From NCBI GenBank assembly GCA_009992505.1, contig JAACVI010000224.1:1-35867 (forward strand): a stretch of 35,867 nt of DNA, in the 5' to 3' direction. Positions 29,683 to 35,867 of the stretch are shown here, piece by piece. The notes beneath the pieces were generated by a model that saw only the letters and a list, made by a program, of their open reading frames with translations, was not told the origin of the DNA and did not search any database. The translations under genes were made by a program, and so were the position numbers. Each line of letters begins with the position of its first letter. Position 1 is the stretch's first letter. The DNA comes from Myxococcales bacterium. GTDB taxonomy: Bacteria; Myxococcota_A; Polyangia; Polyangiales; Houyiibacteriaceae.

Positions 29683-31434
29683 CTAGTGGGGCGTCTCGCC
29701 GCGAATGCGCACCACGGTCGCTTGCTGGTCCGCCGTCGGATAGACGCCGTGCCAGCCCTGGGGCATCGGTGGACTGGCCCAGCCGAAGATCTGGTGCGCG
29801 TCGGGAGGCGACATGTTGATGCAGCCGTGGCTCTTGGGACGCCCGAACGCGTTGTGCCAGAAGGCCGAGTGCAAGGCGTAGGCGAGCTGGAAGTACATGA
29901 CGTAGGGGACGTCATCGATGGAGTACGGGCCGTCGATGGCGTTGTCGCCGTCCATCGTGTGCGTGAGGTGCTTGGACGAGATCGTGAACACGCCCGTCGG
30001 GGTGCGGTGGTCACGCGAGGGGTCGTCCTCGCGCTCGATACGACCGCTGGAGATCAGCGTGGTGAAGACGGGAACTGTGCCCTCGTAGGCGACGAGCACC
30101 TGCCGCGACAGATCGACGTCGATCCACTTCTGCCCAGCGGCGACCTCGGAGGGAGGGTCCGAGCGCTCCGCGAGCACGACGTCGGAGTCCCGGTAGAGAT
30201 GGCCTTCGGGATCGCGGAAGTAGGTGTGACCGCCCTGTTCGACCCGGCCCGCGACGCGAAAGGCGTAGTGATAGCCTGGCGCTCCTCGTCCACGATGAAC
30301 CCGTCCGTTGACGGTCTCGGCGTAGAAGCCGGTCCGACTCGAGAGCACCCAGCCCACGGGCAAGCGCCAGGCGTCGTCCGTCGCGACCGCGGCGTCCCGA
30401 GCCGCGTCCGGGCCCGCGTCGCCTGGGGCAGGAGCCACCGCCGTGGGCTCCCGTGGCGGCGCGAGATCGACGCCGTGGAAGTCGCTTCCCTCACGCACGA
30501 CCACCGCGTTGTAGGGCACGAAGCCGTTGGATTGGGTGCGCCAGTAGCGGCGCGCGCCGCGACGGAAGTCGCGATCGAGGCTGACGAAGAACCCGCGCGT
30601 CACCCAGCGCATCACGACGCTGTCCGAGTCCGCGCTCAGCCCCTCGAGGGTCTCCACGCCGGCGTCGGTCGGTTCGGTCGAGTCGTCGTCCGCCGAGGGC
30701 GTGGCGAGCCCGTCGCCGGATGCGCTCGGCGCGGGGTCGCCGGCGGCGGTGCGGGCCACCGCGCTGTTGCCAGCGGAACCACCGTCACCGGCCGTCTCAG
30801 CGCCACCGGGACCCGCATCGGGCGGGGCTTGGCCTGGGATGTGATAGCCCTCGAACTCGGCGGCCTCCTCGTCGGTGGGCATGCGGCGATACATGGGGAC
30901 GCGCCGGCGGATGAGCCCGTATTCGTAGGGTAAGGGCCGATCGAAGCGGGGCTGGCGCGCGCGGATGGCCGGCAGGCGCCTGCCGTCGAAGGCGATCACG
31001 TCGCGCCCGTTGCACACGAAGCCGCCCACGGTGAGCTCGTACCAACCGCCACGGCAGCCCTCGAAACCCAGGGGCTCACCCAGCGTCGCGGTGAAGACCG
31101 AGCCCGCGCGCAGGTAGCCGCCGCGAGTGGCGTCGGGGCTCGCGCCGTTGCGCACGTTGACCACGAAGCGCTTGGTGAAGATGCGCTTGGGCGGCAGCGT
31201 GGGATCCGGATGCACGGTGTCGCGCCGTGCGTCGCGAGCGTCACGCTGCGGCGGGCTCGCGTCTCGGGCGGGCGCGGGAGCGGGATCGGGATCGGCGCTA
31301 CCGCAGCCGACGAGCGCGAGCAGTCCGAGGCCGAGCGGCCACAGAAGGCGTCCGCGAGTCGGACGGTGAATCCCCCGCGAATCCTGAACCGAGTCCGTGG
31401 GCAGGTGTGCTGGGCGTAGCGCGAGCAACTGCAT
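29683..31434 (-). CDS. L,D-transpeptidase (YkuD domain), lipoprotein
   Basis: Lipobox LVG-C. C-terminal WIDVDLSRQVL, TPTGVF, VPYVMYF and ALHSAFWH...SHGCINM (catalytic His/Cys). The exact start is uncertain. Confidence 0.92.
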   Translation of the reverse strand: MQLLALRPAHLPTDSVQDSRGIHRPTRGRLLWPLGLGLLALVGCGSADPDPAPAPARDASPPQRDARDARRDTVHPDPTLPPKRIFTKRFVVNVRNGASPDATRGGYLRAGSVFTATLGEPLGFEGCRGGWYELTVGGFVCNGRDVIAFDGRRLPAIRARQPRFDRPLPYEYGLIRRRVPMYRRMPTDEEAAEFEGYHIPGQAPPDAGPGGAETAGDGGSAGNSAVARTAAGDPAPSASGDGLATPSADDDSTEPTDAGVETLEGLSADSDSVVMRWVTRGFFVSLDRDFRRGARRYWRTQSNGFVPYNAVVVREGSDFHGVDLAPPREPTAVAPAPGDAGPDAARDAAVATDDAWRLPVGWVLSSRTGFYAETVNGRVHRGRGAPGYHYAFRVAGRVEQGGHTYFRDPEGHLYRDSDVVLAERSDPPSEVAAGQKWIDVDLSRQVLVAYEGTVPVFTTLISSGRIEREDDPSRDHRTPTGVFTISSKHLTHTMDGDNAIDGPYSIDDVPYVMYFQLAYALHSAFWHNAFGRPKSHGCINMSPPDAHQIFGWASPPMPQGWHGVYPTADQQATVVRIRGETPH

Positions 31435-31557
31435 CGGGTTCTGATTTCATGCGCCTTCCGCCACGTCAACCCGCGCCTGGCCAAGTTCGCGCGTCGAATG
31501 GTAGGAGCCCGCGGGCGTCACGCCCTGTCGCGAGTACTCTAGGACTTCCCTTCTTCC

Positions 31558-33057
31558 ATGACCTCCGCACCCAAGCCGCACTCGAAAGCCATGGATGGCG
31601 AGCCCCATGATTCGTGGCGGCGCCTCGACTCGCGCCGAGCCGCCTGGGCCGCCGGTCTGTCCCTGCTGGCGCACGTGCTGGGAGTCTTCGCCCTCTCGGC
31701 CGTGGCCGCGCGGCCGCAGATCGACATCAGCTTCGAGCTGCCAGCGGAGGTCGAGTTCGGGATGACGGACGGCATGAGCGCCGACTCGGCCCAGGGGCCC
31801 CTGTCGCAGCCCGAGGCCGCCCCCATGCCCAACGCGGGCGGAGATGGCGTCGAGGGCGCGGGAATGGACGCAGGGACGCCCCACGACGCGGGACAGCCCC
31901 ACGACGCGGGCAGACGGCGCAGGCACCATGACGCCGGAGCGCCCGACGACGCGGGGAGGCCTGGCGACGCGAGCGCCCACGCAGCGGGAGACGCGGCGAT
32001 GGCGGACGCGGGGCGACGGGACGCGGGGGCCGCCACGGGTGACGGCGGTCAGGGCCGGGATGGCGGGCCCGGTGGACCAGGAGGAGCGGACGGCGCCGGC
32101 CGGATTCCGCCGGGCGCGCAGCTGGCGATCCGCCTGAACATGGAGCGCATCCGCCAGTCGCCCCTGGCACCCGAGGTCCGGCGCCTGCTGATGGCGATCC
32201 CCGACTGGCACGCGCTGCTCGACGGATCGGGCATCGATCCCATGGCGGATCTGGATCGTCTGCTCTTGGCGTCGCCGAACCTGCAGCGAGAGCGGCTCGT
32301 GCTCGCGGGACGACATCATCGCGATCAGGCCTACGCCGAAGCCGCCGCCGAGCGCCTGGCCACGAGCCAGCACACGACCACCGCCTTCCACGCGCGGGAC
32401 GGCGTGCGTGTCGCGCCGTGGCGCAACCCGGACAGCACGGCCCGCGTGGTGGCGCTGCTGGGCGATCACCACTTCATCATCTGCCGCCCGGAGGATCTGC
32501 CGCGCGTGCTGGCCCTGATGCACGTACGCGCCGAGGACCAGCGGCTCGACGCGGGCGTCCCCGCCATGGCCGCCGCGGACGCCCTGCTGGCCATGGGCGA
32601 CGACGAGGTGATGAGCTTCGAGATCGAAGGCGCGCGCCGCTTCGTCCGCGCGGGGCGTGTGGACGCGATGCCTCTGAGCGGTCGACTCTCGGTGCGTGAG
32701 ACCGCGGGCGACACGGTGCAGCTCGCGGGGCAGGCTCGCTTCGAGGACGCGGCCCAGGCCCGCGGCGCCAAGGAATTCTGGGCAGCGCAGCTCGCCCAGC
32801 TCGCGCGCAGCCCGATGGTGTCTCTGGTCGGGCTGTCCACGCCTTTGCGCAGGCTGACCTTCCGGGTCGAGGCCGAGCAGGTCTACTTCGAGACCTCCCT
32901 GGGCGCGGGGCAGGTGCGCCTCTTGCTCGGCTACCTCGAGGGCATGCTGGTTCAGTACCGTCGTGACCGCGAGCCACGGAACCAGGGCACGCCGGGGCCC
33001 AACACGCGCGCTCCGACGGCGCCTCCTGCGCATCCCGACGCGGGCGCAGGCGGCTAG
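31558..33057 (+). CDS. Membrane-anchored hypothetical protein with an Asp-Ala-Gly repeat linker
   Basis: N-terminal TM helix AAGLSLLAHVLG (SxxxH, like a TonB/TolA anchor), a DAG-rich linker and a globular C-terminal region. Confidence 0.75.
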   Translation: MTSAPKPHSKAMDGEPHDSWRRLDSRRAAWAAGLSLLAHVLGVFALSAVAARPQIDISFELPAEVEFGMTDGMSADSAQGPLSQPEAAPMPNAGGDGVEGAGMDAGTPHDAGQPHDAGRRRRHHDAGAPDDAGRPGDASAHAAGDAAMADAGRRDAGAATGDGGQGRDGGPGGPGGADGAGRIPPGAQLAIRLNMERIRQSPLAPEVRRLLMAIPDWHALLDGSGIDPMADLDRLLLASPNLQRERLVLAGRHHRDQAYAEAAAERLATSQHTTTAFHARDGVRVAPWRNPDSTARVVALLGDHHFIICRPEDLPRVLALMHVRAEDQRLDAGVPAMAAADALLAMGDDEVMSFEIEGARRFVRAGRVDAMPLSGRLSVRETAGDTVQLAGQARFEDAAQARGAKEFWAAQLAQLARSPMVSLVGLSTPLRRLTFRVEAEQVYFETSLGAGQVRLLLGYLEGMLVQYRRDREPRNQGTPGPNTRAPTAPPAHPDAGAGG

Positions 33058-33085
33058 CAGGCTGCCGGGCCGCGGGGCTGCGAGC

Positions 33086-33198
33086 CATCGTCGCGGCCCA
33101 ACACCGTCGCGGCCCAACACCGTCGCGGCCCAACACCGTCGCGGCCCAACACCGTCGCGGCCCAACACCGTCGCGGCCCAACACCGTCGCGGCCACAA
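33086..33198. repeat. 16-bp tandem repeat (VNTR), about 7 copies of CACCGTCGCGGCCCAA
   Basis: Five exact copies at 33102-33181, flanked by variant copies CATCGTCGCGGCCCAA and CACCGTCGCGGCCACAA. There are no spacers. Confidence 0.95.
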
Positions 33199-33200
33199 TG

Positions 33201-33275
33201 CAGAAAGGGCACGCCCCCGAAGGTGCGTGCCCTCTCTGAGCTGGCGTTCGGCACCACCCGAAGGTGGGACCGAAC
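33201..33275 (-). terminator. Two tandem cUUCGg-capped hairpins downstream of the HU-like gene
   Basis: The minus strand reads GTTCGGTCCCACC-TTCG-GGTGGTGCCGAAC (33275-33246), then CAGAGAGGGCACGCACC-TTCG-GGGGCGTGCCCTTTCTG (33238-33201). Confidence 0.75.
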
Positions 33276-33282
33276 TAGAGGC

Positions 33283-33597
33283 TCAGTTCACGAGGTCCTT
33301 GAGCTTCTTCAGCGGCGTCGCCCGCACCTTCTTGGAGGCCGGCTTCGCGTCCCGCATCACGTCCTGGCCCGTGAAGGGGTTCTTCGCCATGCCGGCCTTG
33401 CGGGCCGGCACCTTCTTGACCTTGAGCTTGAGAAGATCCGGGATGACGAACTCCCCCGGACCGCGCTTCCCCAGCTCCTTCTTGATCAGATCACGGAGTC
33501 CTTCGAAGACTGCGCCGACTTCCTTCTTGGTCAGCTGCGTCTTGTCAGAGATCTCGCCGATGATCTGGGCCTTCGTCATCCGCTTGGTGGTTGGCAT
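33283..33597 (-). CDS. HU-family (HU-like subfamily) DNA-binding protein
   Basis: MTKAQIIGEIS...LTKKEV...FVIPDLLKLKVKKVPAR...NPFTG...KPASKKVRATPLKKLKDLV. Start is ATG 33597 or GTG 33603. Confidence 0.92.
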   Translation of the reverse strand: MPTTKRMTKAQIIGEISDKTQLTKKEVGAVFEGLRDLIKKELGKRGPGEFVIPDLLKLKVKKVPARKAGMAKNPFTGQDVMRDAKPASKKVRATPLKKLKDLVN

Positions 33598-33986
33598 GGT
33601 CACCGTCCTGTTCCGCTATCGCCTGCGGTATCGTGGAAAAAGGCCTGAAATTAGCGCCCCCCGCAGACAAGAGACGTCTATGCCCGCACTCTCGGGCCAT
33701 GACAAGAGCTTTTTTGGGCAAATGTGCACGAAAATCGCCAGAGGCCGCGGCCCCCCAACCGGCGGGGACGCCTGCCGGGCGCGTCACGGCCGGCGAAACC
33801 GGGCGCGACGAATCGGGCGCGAAGACGCCGTGGGTCCTCCTCCAAAGCGCGCCGCAAAACCCGCAAATGCACGCGAAACGTCGTGGATCTACCTGATATT
33901 GCAGGATTTGGCGCATTTGCGAAATGGCGCCGAATCGGGCCCGAGGCGCCCCCCCTGCAGCCCCGCGAGGCACGTTTTGGGCCCCG

Positions 33987-34424
33987 CTAGGAGCGCGCCG
34001 CGGCGCACAGCACGCGCGTCTTTTCGAGCATCACGCGCTCCTCTTCGGCGTCGCGATGGTCGTAGCCCAAAAGGTGCAAAAGTCCGTGAGCGACCAGCAT
34101 CGTGACCTCGAATGAGATCGTCTTGCCGCTGGCGTGCGCCTGTTTCGCTGCCGTGGGCAGGGAGACCACGACGTCCCCGAGTAGGTCTGGAGAGAGCTCG
34201 GCGCCCTCCCCCTCGGACATGGCGAAGGCGAGGACGTCCGTAGGTCGATCGACGCCGCGATAGTCGCGGTTGAGCTCATGAATCACCGCGTCATCGCACA
34301 GTAGGATCGACAGCTCGGCCTGACTTCGCCCCAGGGACGCCAGCATGAGGTCGGCGCGCTCGCGCAGCCGTCGGGGAGAGATGGGGCGGACGCGGAGACC
34401 GCGCGTGTGCACATAGGCGGGCAT
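33987..34424 (-). CDS. ybeY: rRNA maturation endoribonuclease YbeY
   Basis: LNRDYRGVDRPTDVLAF, LGDVVVS and HGLLHLLGYDH. Confidence 0.96.
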   Translation of the reverse strand: MPAYVHTRGLRVRPISPRRLRERADLMLASLGRSQAELSILLCDDAVIHELNRDYRGVDRPTDVLAFAMSEGEGAELSPDLLGDVVVSLPTAAKQAHASGKTISFEVTMLVAHGLLHLLGYDHRDAEEERVMLEKTRVLCAAARS

Positions 34425-34478
34425 CGAGAGAGGCTCATGTCGCAGCGCCTTCGGGTCAAGCTGCTATGCTCCGCCGCC

Positions 34479-35813
34479 ATGATCGAAAGCGTGTTGATAG
34501 CGGAGCGGGGCGAAGCCGCCGCACGGGTCGCCAGGAGCTGCAAGCGCCTCGGCATTCGGGTCGTCGGGTTGCGTGGAGACGACTCTTCGTCGGGGGTCCA
34601 TGTGGCCGCCTGCGACGAGACGCTCACCGTCGCCACCGGCGCGGACGGCAGGATCCCAGCGGAAGCCGTGGCCGCCGCGGCGATCGAGGCGAAGGTGCAG
34701 GTGGTGCATCCGGGACACGCGGGCGCCCGCGGCCAGCTCGCGCTGGCGAAGGCCCTGGCGGAGACGTCCATCGGTCTCGTGGGTCCCTCCCTCGAGAGCC
34801 TCGCGCGTCTGGCTTCTCCATCCTCCGTGCGCGAGGCCATCGCCGAGGCGGGCCTCACCCAACCGGCCTGCTCGGAACCCTTCGGCGGTGACGACGATCC
34901 CCGCCCCTTCGCCGCCCAGCTGCCCGCGCCGTGGACCGTGCGCGCAGCCGACGCCGAGACGGATCCGTTCGCGACGCCGCTCGTGGACGAAGACGATCTC
35001 TTCGCCGAGGTGGTCAAGAGGACGCGCGGCAACGACGTCGCCTTGGTGGTCGAGCAGGCGTATCACCGCTCCCGCGTGCTCGAGGTTCCCGTGCTCGTGG
35101 ACCAGGCCGGCACGCAAGAGCCGCTGCCCGAGCGCGAATGCAGCATCACGGTCAGCGGCCAGCGCCTGCTCGAAGAGAGCCCGAGCCCGGCGCTCGTCTT
35201 CCACGGCGAAGGCGAGGCCATCCGTGGCTTCTTGCTCGAGGCGGCCTGCGCCGTCACGCGGGCTCTGGGCGCCACGGGCTTGCTGCTCGTGCGCTTCGCC
35301 CTGGACGCCGATGGCCGCTTGGCCGTGATCGGGGTGCGCCCTGGCCTGCCGGTGCAGGACGCGATCACGGGCATGACGACCGGCCTCGACCTGGTCGAGT
35401 TCCAGCTCGAGATCGCCGCGGGACGCCCGCTGCCGGCGCGCGTGACCGAGGTGGAGCCCACGGGTCATGGCTGCGGCGCTTGGCTCGTCGCTCCGTCGAA
35501 CGAGACCTTCGACGCGGTGGTGGAGGAGCTGCGTTGGCCGCCCTTCCCCCAAGGCAAAGTGCGCACCGAGCCCTCCGCCAGCGTGGGCAGCACCGTGCCT
35601 CCAGACGATCGCCCCCGCATCGCCAAGATCACGACCTACGCGCCGACGCGACATCAGGCGCTGCTCCTGCTCGACCGCGTGCTGACCGAGAGCCGGGTCG
35701 CGCCCTACCAGACGAACCAACGTCTGCTCGGCCAGATCATCGGCGACGAGGCCTTCCGCGCCGGACGTTACGACACCGAATTCGTGCGTCGCCTGCTCAC
35801 GACGCCTCCCTGA
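34479..35813 (+). CDS. Biotin carboxylase-like protein with degenerate catalytic motifs
   Basis: Full BC architecture (IAERGEAA, HPG, ERECS, EESPSP, TGLDLVEFQL, IAKI, TN...F..GRYDTEF). Likely start ATG 34479. Confidence 0.85.
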   Translation: MIESVLIAERGEAAARVARSCKRLGIRVVGLRGDDSSSGVHVAACDETLTVATGADGRIPAEAVAAAAIEAKVQVVHPGHAGARGQLALAKALAETSIGLVGPSLESLARLASPSSVREAIAEAGLTQPACSEPFGGDDDPRPFAAQLPAPWTVRAADAETDPFATPLVDEDDLFAEVVKRTRGNDVALVVEQAYHRSRVLEVPVLVDQAGTQEPLPERECSITVSGQRLLEESPSPALVFHGEGEAIRGFLLEAACAVTRALGATGLLLVRFALDADGRLAVIGVRPGLPVQDAITGMTTGLDLVEFQLEIAAGRPLPARVTEVEPTGHGCGAWLVAPSNETFDAVVEELRWPPFPQGKVRTEPSASVGSTVPPDDRPRIAKITTYAPTRHQALLLLDRVLTESRVAPYQTNQRLLGQIIGDEAFRAGRYDTEFVRRLLTTPP

Positions 35814-35867
35814 GCGTCCGGCGCGAAATGTTACTGGCCTTCCTGCGCCGATCCATCCCCGCTCGCG

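Noticed and set aside
33086-33198. Possible CRISPR array
   Set aside because: The units are 16 bp and directly adjacent with no spacers, and no cas genes are present, so it is a simple VNTR.
33726-33740. Possible sigma54 promoter for the HU-like gene (minus strand TGGCGATTTTCGTGC)
   Set aside because: The GG-N10-GC spacing fits, but the match to GGCACG and TTGC is poor, so chance is likely in GC-rich DNA.

Overview
A high-GC (roughly 70% by eye) bacterial chromosomal segment. Gene content and protein style (AgmK-like TPR protein, Asp-Ala-Gly-rich linkers, YlxR-L7Ae fusion, long NusA, sigma54-type promoters) suggest Myxococcota, probably Polyangiales-like; this is inference. Most of the window is housekeeping: a reduced yceD-rpmF-fabG-acpP-fabF-rpiB cluster running into HMG-CoA lyase, hisS, the rimP-nusA-ylxR/L7Ae-infB-rbfA-nrnA-truB operon with a rimP leader terminator, an HU-like gene and ybeY. 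Accessory genes are a Mo/W-bisPGD oxidoreductase, a MoxR ATPase/VWA pair, a TatT/DctP pair with no permease, a divergent ino1/inositol-phosphate cytidylyltransferase-like pair and an L,D-transpeptidase. I saw no rRNA, tRNA, CRISPR array or mobile element. The best leads are: (1) the CDP-inositol module with two back-to-back sigma54-type promoters around a shared putative enhancer; (2) two full-length proteins that appear to have lost their catalytic motifs (biotin carboxylase-like and metallophosphoesterase-like); (3) a signal-peptide mini-ORF separated from ybjN by one in-frame TAG; (4) a pyrimidine-rich, duplicated spacer upstream of nusA; (5) a 16-bp VNTR next to two cUUCGg hairpins. All family calls come from recognising motifs by eye, not from database searches.
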